Both the position numbers and the translations under genes were made by a program. Shown here one piece after another: positions 32,498 to 44,021 of a stretch of 64,000 nucleotides of DNA. The stretch is from Fistulifera solaris (Eukaryota). The notes under the pieces were generated by a model. The model was not told the DNA's origin and ran no database searches. It was given only the letters and a program-made list of their open reading frames with translations. Every line of letters begins with the position of its first letter. Positions within the stretch are counted from its first letter, which is position 1. The DNA lies in contig AP026136.1 of NCBI GenBank assembly GCA_030295235.1, forward strand, positions 806,001-870,000, given 5' to 3'.

Positions 32498-33862
32498 TTA
32501 TTTCGCCATTTCCTCCGAGAGCGCAAACAGTCTACCCTTTCGAACGGGACAAATTACATATTCATCCACAAACGGATCTTCTTCTCGCTGGGCATTCACT
32601 TCGTGCAGTATTACAATGGCATCTCCTTGGATGTCTTTGGGCAAGAATGTCGTCCCTGTTTTGGTAAAGAAAATTTCTCCGCCCTCGTCCGGTGTTTCAC
32701 ACAACACCAGAACACTCGCCAATACGTTGTCTTCGTTCGCCAGAGTGACGCGTATCATGGAATCATCACTTTCTAGTAGGTCAGCAGTAGTGTGGCACGT
32801 CGTAGAACCATCCGCATCAATGCTGCAATCTTCTTGTTTCTGGGTAGGCTCCATCCAACGCACTTGCATCAACGGATCTTTGTCGATGTTGGCGGTCATT
32901 TCCGTAGCATACGATACCAGTTGTTCTACTTTCTCCATAAACAGTCCCACCAGTTTATTCGAAGACTTGGCTTTGCGAGGTAGAGCATCGTGTGTCACAG
33001 CTTGTCGCAAGGCATGACACTCGGAGCCCGTGACAAATTGTTGCACACGCTGAATTTTACTATAATCCGATTCAAACAACTTTTGCGTTTTGAATTTTTG
33101 TTTTTGTCCCCGTGCCGGTTGAAAGGTCCAAGTGGAATTGACTATTGAAGTGGTGGTGGTCGTATTCATCGTATCCCGACACGCGTACGTACTCCACGAA
33201 CGTCCCATTTGTTTGCGCAATTGACTCTGAAATTGAATTTCGTCCGCCGTTTCTTGCATCGATAATGCCAATTGTTGTTCCATACAATCGGCGAGTCGGT
33301 CTATTTTTTCCGTGTCACTCAACGAAGTGTCATTTTGCACGGATTGTTGACATTCTTCGAGGGCTTCTTTGGCTTTTCTCCGGGCCCGTGTTTTATGATC
33401 TTCGACTGTCACAACAAAGTTCTCGTCCACAATGAAAACTGAATAACAAAGAGATTCAGTGAATGAGTACGTGATAGAAAATATTATGATTGTAATGACT
33501 CCGCATGTAAGACTTACTTTGATCCTCATTCGCACTGACAGTGAAATAGGCTTTGCGACATTCTTCTTGCTTGCAAGTTCCGGTCTTTTGCTGGGCAATT
33601 CTTGCACTTCAAACGAATGCGTCACATACGAATTAATGGAACTATCCCCTCCATTAACTAATCCGCCATCGGTATTGGAACCCGCCAATTCTTTCGTTTG
33701 CGGATGAATCCAGAAAAAGTCAATTTTACAACCCGCTCGATTTTGTACGACAATGTTGCGCGACGAAGGATTCCCGTCTTTGCGGTATCGTGCCGTGCCA
33801 AGGGAGAAACGACTTAAGAATAAGATAGTGGTGAAAAGAAAAGAATTGAATCGATTCATCAT
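32498..33862 (-). CDS. Secreted/ER prolyl-4-hydroxylase-like protein with an N-terminal VHL-like beta domain, probably catalytically dead; intron ~33440-33518; frameshift near 33587
   Basis: Signal peptide. NIVVQNRAGCKIDFFWIHP...INSYVTHSFEV. P4H-like C-terminus SVLVLCETPDEGGEIFF...PK..GDAIVI...CPVRKG lacks the HxD and distal His ligands. Confidence 0.6.
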   Translation of the reverse strand: MMNRFNSFLFTTILFLSRFSLGTARYRKDGNPSSRNIVVQNRAGCKIDFFWIHPQTKELAGSNTDGGLVNGGDSSINSYVTHSFEVQELPSKRPELASKKNVAKPISLSVRMRIKVSLTCGVITIIIFSITYSFTESLCYSVFIVDENFVVTVEDHKTRARRKAKEALEECQQSVQNDTSLSDTEKIDRLADCMEQQLALSMQETADEIQFQSQLRKQMGRSWSTYACRDTMNTTTTTSIVNSTWTFQPARGQKQKFKTQKLFESDYSKIQRVQQFVTGSECHALRQAVTHDALPRKAKSSNKLVGLFMEKVEQLVSYATEMTANIDKDPLMQVRWMEPTQKQEDCSIDADGSTTCHTTADLLESDDSMIRVTLANEDNVLASVLVLCETPDEGGEIFFTKTGTTFLPKDIQGDAIVILHEVNAQREEDPFVDEYVICPVRKGRLFALSEEMAK

Positions 33863-34315
33863 GGTTAGTGGTGGTTGTTTTTATGACCTTTTGGTTCGAG
33901 CGTTTGCGCTGAGCGACGCGATGCGATGATAGAGATGGCAATGCGAACAGTGACTTTTTTTGAAACGGTCTGGCTTTTCTTTTTACGCTACGTAAGAGTA
34001 GCCTTACCGGTATTCAGGTTAGCTGATTGTAAACCAACTTCGCACGTCTCAACGTCGTATGGTTATAACCCGTACGTTAATGAAGTGAAAAGACTTGCAA
34101 TCTCTACGACCTCTTTTCTTGTACTGTACCAGGTACGAGACCACGTCTCCTCGCTCCTCGCTCCTCGCTCTTCACACATCTGAATCAACAATCGACACGG
34201 CCATTATTTTGGATTCCTTCCTTTCTCAAACTTTATCGCTGTCATTGTCGCAATCGCGTCTGGATCTGCTTTTCTACTATACTACAACAACTACTTCTTC
34301 TTCTTCTTTTTTAGA

Positions 34316-35614
34316 ATGACAAAAGGAGATTCATTTCCGTACGAATTCGGTGGCCCCATCGGTACCGCCTTGAATATATTCTTCCTTCCGATCCTCATTT
34401 TGTGTTTGACACAGTGGAGTGCGGTCGGATCGGTCGATTTGGCAACGCTACAAATTCCCACCAATGTCGATACTTTGGCGAAATGTATCGTGGGACTCGT
34501 GACATGGTTTCTCTTTCAAGTTTTATTAGAACGTATGTTGCCTTGTAAACTCGTACAGGGAACGCCCTTACAAGGTGTCTTTGTTTGGAAATCGATTTCC
34601 ACCAAAGAATGCCTCGAATATCGCATCAATGGTCATTTGGCTTTTTGGGTCACGTTTTTAGTTTTACAAACGGGCTGGATCGTAAAACACGAAGAAAGTG
34701 GGACCTGGCAATTCACTTCCTTTCCTCTCAGTGGTCTTTACGATGTCACCGCTGAATTGGCAGTGGGGACATCTATACTGTGTTTTGGATTGAGTCTCTA
34801 TCTTTATCTGTCGTCATTTATCGGAAACAGACGATTGGCTGTTCCCGGGACGTCGGGGAATGTTGTTTACGATTTCTGGATGGGACGGGAACTCAATCCC
34901 CGCATTGGGAGTTTCGATTGGAAAGAATTTTGTGAATTGCGACCGGGTCTCATGGGATGGATGATTCTCAATCTAGCCTATTGTCAAAAACAAAAAGAAG
35001 TACAGGGATATGTTTCTATGAGTATGATGTTGTTGCAATGTTTTCAAGGACTCTACGTATGGGATGCCTTGTATCAAGAGGAAGCGATCCTCACGACGAT
35101 GGATATCACCACGGATGGCTTTGGTTATATGCTCGCATTTGGAGACCTGGCGTGGGTGCCCTTTACGTACACGTTACAAGCTCGTTATTTGGTACTGCAC
35201 GACCCACAATTGAGTGTCACGGCGCTGACAGCGATTCTCGCTCTTCATATCGTGGGGTATGTAACGTTTCGCGGAGCAAATGGACAGAAAGATATCTTTC
35301 GAAGAAATCCCGAAGATCCCGCTGTGGCTCACTTGACTTACTTGAAAACGAAACGCGGTACAAAACTGTTGACGAGTGGCTGGTGGGGTATGGCTCGGAA
35401 AATCAACTATACGGGCGATTGGATCATGGGCCTTACATGGTGTATGGTATGTGGATTCAACAGCATCGTACCTTACTTCTACGCCATTTATTTCTTGATT
35501 CTTTTAATCCATCGATCGATTCGCGATGATCATGCTTGTCAGGAAAAGTACGGCAGCGATTGGGATGAATACAAACGAAAAGTTCCGTATCGATTCATTC
35601 CCGGTCTAATTTAA
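34316..35614 (+). CDS. ERG24: Delta(14)-sterol reductase (ERG24/FACKEL/TM7SF2 family)
   Basis: YEFGGPIG, YDFWMGRELNPRIG.FDWKEFCELRPGLMGW, TTMDITTDGFGYMLAFGDLAWVPFTY, LLTSGWWGMARKINYTGD, HR..RDD..C..KYG..W..Y...VPYR.IP. Confidence 0.93.
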   Translation: MTKGDSFPYEFGGPIGTALNIFFLPILILCLTQWSAVGSVDLATLQIPTNVDTLAKCIVGLVTWFLFQVLLERMLPCKLVQGTPLQGVFVWKSISTKECLEYRINGHLAFWVTFLVLQTGWIVKHEESGTWQFTSFPLSGLYDVTAELAVGTSILCFGLSLYLYLSSFIGNRRLAVPGTSGNVVYDFWMGRELNPRIGSFDWKEFCELRPGLMGWMILNLAYCQKQKEVQGYVSMSMMLLQCFQGLYVWDALYQEEAILTTMDITTDGFGYMLAFGDLAWVPFTYTLQARYLVLHDPQLSVTALTAILALHIVGYVTFRGANGQKDIFRRNPEDPAVAHLTYLKTKRGTKLLTSGWWGMARKINYTGDWIMGLTWCMVCGFNSIVPYFYAIYFLILLIHRSIRDDHACQEKYGSDWDEYKRKVPYRFIPGLI

Positions 35615-35658
35615 CCAAATAAGAAAGTCTCTTGTAGCGCTGGTGTTGTTATGAATTA

Positions 35659-37439
35659 TTACAAAGTTTCTGCTAGTTTCATTATGCGATTTTTCCATGC
35701 GTCCACGGTGACTCTGCTTGTTGGAGGAGCCAACGATAATTCATCGAAAGGGCTTTCTCGGGCAATTCGGATCATCGATGCAAGAACTCCCGGATGACGT
35801 GCAACGCATCTTTGATTACCGGGATTATTGGAGAGAACCCATAGGATCTGTATTACTGGAGCGTGCAAAGTTTGCCACGTAGTCGCCCGAACGATGACTG
35901 ACAAGAAATGCGGCTCGCGTGTCAGCCGCGACCATAAACATTCATCGTGGCTGTTGGAAATGACCATCTGGCGGAATGCAAAATCATACTCTTCACTATG
36001 TGAAGCGAAGGTGACGGGTGCACAGATATGACTTGCGACATGCAGTCGATCAATCCAACAAAGTCATGGATAACTTCGCAATGCGCTTGTGCTATTTGCA
36101 CGAGGAGACGGGAACTCATTTCGATTGTTCGATCCACGACTTCGTCGTCGTGAGGGATGACTAATAGTGACTTGCAGATTGCTATCAAATCATCGCGGGA
36201 TATCATCGCCGTATTTTCGTGCGTCAGCAAAACGAACAATATCGGTAGGAGAACACGAGAGGCCTCTCGGCTGGTGTGCACGGTGCCAGCTAACGAAGTT
36301 ACGTCGTAATCGTCCTTCGGTTTACCGATTAAAGGAGAACATACGAGAATCTTTCGCATAAGCAATGAAATCAAGTCTTGGAGCTCTGTTTTGCTTTTGA
36401 CTGAGGTGAGCATCTGCTGTATTTCTTTAGTTCCATTTGTTTCGGCTCCAACGTCGGATGACCAAAACAAATTTAGGGCGGGAAATGTCAAGCCAAAAGA
36501 TTGCTCTAGAACTGCACTGATATCAATGTAGCAATGGCCAATCTCACTAGGAAAATCCTTTCCATTACACGATTCTCTCTTTCTCGATAGCATTTCTGTT
36601 AAAGCCATTGGTTCTTGTGAATGGATCACATTAGCTTTGGATGAGTGTCTAGAAAGCCTTTGTTCAAGCTGGACTAGCAGCTTTTGTGCACTAGATTTGG
36701 TTTCGATGTCTTCATGACTGACACAGGTCAAGTTTTTGATGACAAATGAGATATACGCACTTGAAATCTGACGTTGTAAAATGCACTTCTTAGCGGTCGA
36801 TCCGGTAGGTTTCAAGATCGACGTAGCCATTTTCATGAGAGGACATCCCAGTTCGTTCCAACACCGCCGAGGCCATCGTTCGAGACTGTACTCCGAAGCT
36901 TCATCTATGTTCTGTGTGTTAATTGAACTCAATCGTAGGATTAATGGCAAAAGAAGACTCAGCATCTCTTCCTGTTCTTCAATCGATAGAAATTGGACGT
37001 CGAACTGCTTGTGTACTGAAACCAGCGTGTTTGTCATATCCCTCACCAGCAAGTAACCTGTTTCAACTTCATTTTTTCGAACAAGATTTTGGTGGGCGTT
37101 GCTCGAATATATGGCATTAAAATGGGAAAAATTATCGAGCAAAATTCGGCAATGATACGAAATCGACAGTAAGAGCAGGTTAATTAGGACCTTCGCGGAA
37201 TATTGGAAATCCGACCGCTGCAATGGATTTGACGCTTGTTTGAAAGTGTTGACAACACGAAGAAGCACATTTGCCCGCTTTAGCACTTCGTGGAAGTCTT
37301 CTTTTCTACGAGACCCCTCAAAGATCGCTACGGGCAGATCACGGCTCAAGTCGGTCACATTGTAATACAAGTCCTCCGCTAAGATTCTATCCTGCTGAAT
37401 GCAGTTTGTTACTCGAAGCGGCTGGCTGTACGAAGCCAT
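35659..37439 (-). CDS. Hypothetical helical (ARM-like) protein; frameshift near 36030
   Basis: A 505-aa ORF joins the 35659-35967 frame. The C-terminus ILWVLSNNPGNQRCVARHPGVLASMIR is ARM-like. Confidence 0.55.
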
Positions 37440-38697
37440 CGTTCATTATAATTGGTAAGCAATGTTCCATTTAAACTCGCTGGATGAATGGTTTTCATTC
37501 GCAGATTGTCTTCACAATTTGCTTTGTATTTATCCTTCCGTCACACATAAACTCCACATAGCCATTTCGGCGGAGTGGGCGACCTTGTCTTCGCCGATTT
37601 CGAGTTCGTAGCGGTTTATTGCACTATCTCTTTGTGTATAATTCCAGTACCGGTTGAATTGGCTGTTCCGGGAATGCAATCAGAGTGATTTAGTCACGAA
37701 TTCCTAAGGTGGTCCTGTATGTCCGTGCGTCCACCTACGACATTCGTCATACGTCGCAGCATTTCGCTACTCTGTAGTCTATTACGGCCCACTAGAGTAT
37801 TCTTTGCCCATTCTTCATGATTGTGAACGTTCGGTGGATCATGATCCTCGAATGGGGAGGTGTGATTTCGAATTTGAAACAAAAGCTGACGTTAAGGTTG
37901 GGGCGCCCGTCGGCTCTTTGGTTTGAAAAACAAATGGCTTATGTCTTACCTGGTACAGTATAGTAGTACCTGGTAGTGTCATGTCGTGCGAAACCATACT
38001 GGTGATGATTCAACGGATAAGGTTTGAGTTACTCGGTGAGCTTTTCGCATTTTTCTGCCTTGTGATTACTCGGCAGAGCGGACCATCTTTCTTTCATTTT
38101 AAGCCGACTTTATACACACATGATCCCTTTAACTGAGACTTTGATGTATGGTGTAACAGAATCTGGCTATCCTACGCTTACCGCTCATTATGACCGTCTA
38201 TAATAGGCGACTATCGTCGCGTTATACATGGATACCAGTACCTGGTAAATCCTTCTCCGTATTCCCTCGACTCGGCTGTCCAATACGGTCACGTCTTTCC
38301 GAGAAACGTAAGGCGTGATGAGAAAGTTCTACCACGACACAAACGTTTGAGCGTCAGAGTACCCCAACAGCTCTGAAAAGGAGAATCAGTTGAGCTTGCA
38401 AAAACGAGTTTTTTCGCTAATAACTGCATAGGACTTTATCCGTCAACCATTTGTATGCGTTCCTGTTGTGACACCAGAAGAAACATTCTCGAATTCCTGA
38501 TAGCACAAAAGTCTACCGTTGATCGAATTTGATTGTTCTTCTTGCATTTCAAAGCCGTCGTAAATCGTGTATCTACAAACCAGCATTTCCTTCTTCACTA
38601 TCGTTATTTCACAGTATTCACTCGCCAAGGATATCCAGTTTAATATCAATCATCTGGTAAAGCATCTGGCGAAGCGCCACTCCATTCCGATGCTCAA

Positions 38698-41600
38698 TCA
38701 TTTTGTTGAACGCGCTAGTGCTCGAACATGTTCGCAAACGCAGTCAATAAAACCTTCTGCATAGCATTTCTCTAGTCTCGCTTGAAGAGCAAGTGGGACC
38801 TGGTCGTCCATATCCGAAGGAAGGTCATCTCCCAGATCAAGTAATCGGGAAGGCTGAAGAAATGAATTAGGGACAGTGCTGCCGCCATTGGCAGCGGACA
38901 GAATTTGATTGGGCACAGATGAGTTTAGAGTTACGCCGTCGTCTTTCTCTCGGTGATCGGAGTCAGTGATCAACTTTGTTTCTGAGACGCCAGCGGTATC
39001 TTTGCTAGTAGTAGTAGCATCATCTTGGAACACATCTGCAACGCCGTTTTGGGAGGAGATGGTACACGTCGGCGTAACACCGACACCCAAACACACTGAA
39101 GACGAAATCGAAATGGAGTCCCCATTTGCATTGCGTCGTTGTTCTCTACAGCAAGGAACACCTGTTTTGACGAAAACAAGCCAAGCGCGTATCCAAAATT
39201 AGAGAGAGTCTTTCACGTTGCCGTTTCATTAATTCTAACTTACCGTACCCCCCTTCTAAGATGCTAACGACTCTTCCGCTGCAAAACTTCGCAGCGAGAG
39301 AGCATATAACGTCTGTTATGTGGCCAAAATCAGCTGCAGATAATCCACCTAGTCCCATCGGATCGCATTTGTGGGCGTCAAAACCGGCGGAAATAATGAC
39401 CATATCGGGTAAGAACGTTGACACTTTTGGGACAACCTTGCTGATAAGAGCCAGGCCGATATCGTGAGATAAAACCTTTTCACCAAGCGGAATGTTTAAA
39501 ACGCCTTCGTGGGGCGATGTGTCACCGCACCGACCTGGATAGATACCTTGCTTGGCACTGCCGGCTAGGACGTGCAACTGGTGATCAGGGTCATCTTCCA
39601 TTGTAACCCCGTTCACATGAGCACCGCCTGCGTGCATTGACACGTACAAGAATCGAGGATCGTACGTCGAGCAGAGAATATCTTGTGTCCCGTTGCCGTG
39701 GTGGACATCAAAGTCGATAACACAGACTTTGCTCAAACCAAGTCCCCCTTCTGACACCGGCGCGACGGCATAGAGCGCTGCACAAGCAGCCGCGTTCAAT
39801 ATACAGAAGCCGTTTGAAACAGCTTTCATTGGATGGAGCATCTTTCCTGCATGATGACCGGGTGGCCTCGTCGCACAGAATGCAGTAGAAGCTTCTGCAT
39901 AAATGATTTTGTCTACCGCCGACACAACAGTCGCCACTGCAGCGACGGCTGCATCCCATGTACCTTTCGATCCCCCTAGGAAAAGTGATTAGCAGTACTT
40001 TCCGCAGTTACAGTCCAAAGCTGGAATCCACTTACTTGTGTCTGCCCCTCCATCACCAGAGCTGTCATCTGTGAGTATGAGTCCTCTATCGCTATCTCTT
40101 GCCAAAGCGCAGCGCATTCTCATCCGTTCAAGATATGATTTTGCATGAGCCATCGGCAAAACCTTTTTCAAAACAAAATCAATGTAGACGTCATTAACCG
40201 ATGGCACAATACTGTGGTATGGATTAGTGCCAGCACCTGCTAGCTTTGCTCCCTTCAATGCTGCTGGTAGCCGCACAGCCCGCTCAAAGCATCCGTCAGA
40301 AGTCCTGTGTCCGTTGCAACGATAATCACTCATGACAAGAGACACACGCTTGCAATGGCTCTCTCCAGCAACGGTATGAAGAATCTGTTTGTAAACTCGT
40401 TCGATGAAAAGATTCCACTCTGCTAAGACTTCATGTCTCTCGCCACCATACATTGTTAAAGTTTCTATGCCGATGCGTTTCACCATTATCCAGTATTTGA
40501 TAGTTGATTTTTGCTTTTTCCGATTCTCGGCGGGTGAGTTACATTTTAACATTTCACTTAACAGCGCAAATAGCTCGCCAACTGACGTCCGAAGCAGAGT
40601 CACACTTGGAGCAACCTGTTTATCGTTGAAAATGCTTTTCAGAATCGATAGCCCAGTTACCATCGTCTGAAACAAATCATTAGTAGGACCCGAGTTCTTG
40701 TCCCCTTCAGCGAACAAGGTGGCCGGTGGTAGGCAACTTGTGTCACTCTTTAAATCAACGCTTTGAAATGGGGACAAAGCCGGTGGTGCACCATATGTGA
40801 CGGCTTGAGTTGTTCCTTCCGCCGAATGAAATCCCCAACATCCTGGAGGCTCCATCACCTTTACGATTTCGTGCAATTGAAGGGGTTGCTCCTCTTCCGA
40901 CATAAGCCGCTTGCCATCATTGACTCGATTTAACTGGTCAAGAATGTAAGCAAATGGTAGTTCTAGTATGACTCGGGGAAAATGCGGTGCTTGAATTGAC
41001 ATGACATGCGTCTCAAACAGACCAGCACTTGCTCGATCCGTTGGCGTCATTTTTGCGTGGAGATGATTCTTCGCGTACAGTTTCAGTGCCATTGCCAAGC
41101 GGTGGCCGTCTACATATCGCTGAAAAACTTGTTTGGGTAATCCAGTAAATTGAAATGACATGCGCAACTCGTTCATGTCAAGTTTACCGTTCGCACCAAA
41201 CGTGTATTCCTTGATCATTTCATCAGTCGCTTCCACCGATTCGAGAAGAAACAAAGGCACTGATGCAAAAGCCGAGACTGGCGCTTCCGACATTCCGTCC
41301 GGCTTACGAGATCGGGCTGCACTGTGATCGGCTTGCCAATAGGGAGCCAAGAATATCAGGTCCACCTTTTGTTTGGCACTGTTTCTTTTTCCCACTTGAG
41401 TAGTTCCCACCGCTTCGGACACGTGCATAACTCTTGCTGGCCAATAGACACCCGGTCTTGCTCCTTTGCCGAAACTAGCCGCTAATACAATCCCGTAATG
41501 AATTCCTGGAACGATGTAATCGGCGTTTCCTCCGTATCGAGCGGACTTGCGATTGTTGTCGGTCTGTAAAGAACTGATGTATTTGCGTTCCCACTTCCGT

Positions 41601-42609
41601 TTCGCCTTGAGCACCTCTTCGTATTCCAAATCAAAGCATGTCTTCTCATCGATCCACAATGCTTTCCACAAATCACCAATTTCTGCATCATGTACGTAAG
41701 CGATGATGACAGCATCACTTTCCATCCAACGGATTTTGGCAGCAATGTGATAGGCTCCACCCGTAGCGCCCACCGGTGTGAGGACTCGTTTGGTGACCCA
41801 ACCATCTTCACGAAGCACATCCGGATCGTAACTCATTCTCCGTACGGCTTCTTCCATCGCTTGGACATTGGACGCGTCCACGGACCGGATCATGGCTCTG
41901 GCCGATGAGGGTGTACCATCCTTATGATAAACGTAGCGTAGCAGATTGTATACCCACGTTGCCGCACCGGGGATATTCTGGGCCCAAGTAATGAAGGGCT
42001 GTTTGAACGACGACTTCTTTTCTTTGACTGGCACTTTCGGGTTGGTGACTTCCTTATCCAAGTAGGCGATATTTCCGCTCCAATCGGGTCGCCACTCGTC
42101 TTGTTCGGGAGGCACATGGAATTGAAGAACGCGTTCCAGTTCCTTGATTTCGAAATCTGACAAAGGAAGGACTGTTCGGATATTAACGTTTCGGTTGGGG
42201 TGGTCCTTTTCCAAATCGACAAAGGCACGTACAACTTCATCATCGAGGCTCACAAACGGATCCGTGGGTAATGAGGTATCGGCAAATGGATTCGATGGTC
42301 CTTTTTCTTTTCAAGTTCATCGGTCTTCAATTGCTTTCCGCTCTTTACATCATTATCTTGAGAAACAAAGGAGGTACTTCTCTTTCGACTCCCCGCCGCG
42401 GTGCTCATCTCTTCGTACTTTCACTGTTGCGAGAGTGGCACGCACTTGCAAGTATTGCAATGAGAATACTGATATGCAATTACTTTCACTGCAAGAACAA
42501 CCCTTAAAAAACTCCGCACTTGATTGGTTGGAAACAACTCTTTCGTGCACTTTAGTTTTACGACCATTCGGCTGGGAACGCCAATGCTTTCGCCATCATT
42601 TGCCGCCAT
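38698..42609 (-). CDS. Large zinc-dependent histone deacetylase-family protein with N-terminal Tudor-like and PWWP-like modules; introns 39976-40035 and 39162-39243; 5' end uncertain (frameshift near 42302)
   Basis: HRT...ERAVRL, RPPGHHAG, NGFCILN, DFDVHHGNGTQ, SAGFDAH..DP.G, LEGGY. Upstream GIVLAAS...GVYWPARV...VDLIFL is PWWP-like. Confidence 0.85.
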
Positions 42610-42900
42610 TACGCGCGCGCGGCGGAGGACGAGGACGATTATTATAGGGAGGGGGTTTTCAATACCGTATCGCAACGGCATGCGGTACACGACTTTGCAG
42701 GTAAAAAGTGAAAAAGTCGTTTGAACGCGGAAAGACATTTCCTGCGTTCCTTTAACACATTGAGCACTTTTCATCACTACCACTAAATACGTACTGGTAT
42801 CACAACAATTACCAAGCACAATAGGAGCGCATAATTCTTTTACATAAATTGAACCTTTCACTCCTGGTTATACGGACCTACTGGTGCCTCTATTCACACA

Positions 42901-43057
42901 ATGGAAGCCATTCATCAAATTGCTTCGACAATCAACAACGGTCTCAAGTACCTTCAAGATAATTCACTCGTGATCTTCACTGGCGTGGCGGTGTTATGGG
43001 TCATCCGCGGGCGGTTTATGCAATGGCTCGATCCGTCCAAGCAAGGTGTCACTCTAA

Positions 43058-43095
<38 letters not shown>

Positions 43096-43470
43096 CCATC
43101 ACCATCATCACTGGGTACAAACCAAGACGAACGCTTGAATGATATGTTGCGTGTGCGCCAGAAACAGCAAGAAGAAGCGGAACGAAAATCCAAACTAGCC
43201 GCACAAGAGCGAAAAGTAAAAGAAGCGGAAGAAAAGAAACGACGGAACGAACTCAATTTGAAAAAGAAGAAAACTGAAACCAAAGGAAATACTTTGGGGA
43301 GCAGTGGAGGCGGCTATAATCCTTTACAACCATGGTCTTCTGGTTCGGGTGGAAGTTATAAGTAAGTGCAACGCGTTTCGCGTCTCTCTTGAAGATGATC
43401 CACTTTCACTCACAAATGGCAATGTCTTTTTAGAGCCCAACGGCGTACTGTTAACCGCGGCTGACGTTAG
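42901..43470 (+). CDS. SELENOS: Selenoprotein S/K-like ER membrane protein; exons 42901-43361 and 43434-43470; in-frame TGA 43462-43464 as candidate Sec
   Basis: Single N-terminal TM helix. Coiled coil MLRVRQKQQEE..K.....RK.KE.EE.KRR. Gly-rich GGGYNPL motif as in SELENOS. Splicing of the GT-AG intron 43362-43433 gives ...SYKAQRRTVNRG-U-R-stop. Confidence 0.78.
43060..43110 (+). repeat. (TCA)n trinucleotide microsatellite encoding poly-Ser
   Basis: Run of tcatcatca... within the SELENOS-like exon 1. Confidence 0.9.
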
Positions 43471-43616
43471 TTGTCCGACTTTGATCAACCAAGCATGACT
43501 TTGGGAAAAAGTCGGAAACTACAACAAAACCATATTCGATTAATGTGTGCTCGCACTAAACTTATACGGCAAACTTGAATGACATCAGTACATGGCTGCT
43601 GATTGAACAGTAGTTT

Positions 43617-43645
43617 GCTGAGCTGAGCTGAGCTGAGCTGAGCTG
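43617..43645 (+). repeat. (AGCTG)n pentanucleotide microsatellite, ~6 units
   Basis: gctg agctg agctg agctg agctg agctg. Confidence 0.9.
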
Positions 43646-43956
43646 TATCTTACTTTGTTTTCAACTATGAATTTCATAATCTTTTGCCAAGCCGTTTCCA
43701 CAGAAATTCTTAATTAATAAATAGAGCTTTGTAACACTTTCACATGGATAATTCATTAGGCGAATGTAAGCAAACCTCCTTTTCGAGTTTCACTATCTGA
43801 TCAATGTCTAGACGACCTTTTTCACGGAATTCCAGTCTTATGAGCTGGAGCCAGGCTCTAGAAATTATAGGTCACGCTGCGACTGCGTTTCCTACCCGCA
43901 TTAACAATGCGCAGCATTTTATCGCATTACCAGTATTACACCTCAACCTCAACAAT

Positions 43957-43992
43957 TACCGTACCGCACCGTACCGTACCGTACCAGGTACC
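43957..43992 (+). repeat. (TACCG)n array ending in TACCAGGTA, ~30 bp upstream of an ATG
   Basis: taccg taccg caccg taccg taccg taccaggta cc. Confidence 0.8.
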
Positions 43993-44021
43993 CATGTAAA
44001 CAGTTCGTCATGAAATAAATA

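Noticed and set aside
37500..38440. Long intergenic region searched for tRNA, snRNA or snoRNA
   Set aside because: No cloverleaf, T-loop or paired C/D boxes could be identified. Only TACCTGGTA copies were found.
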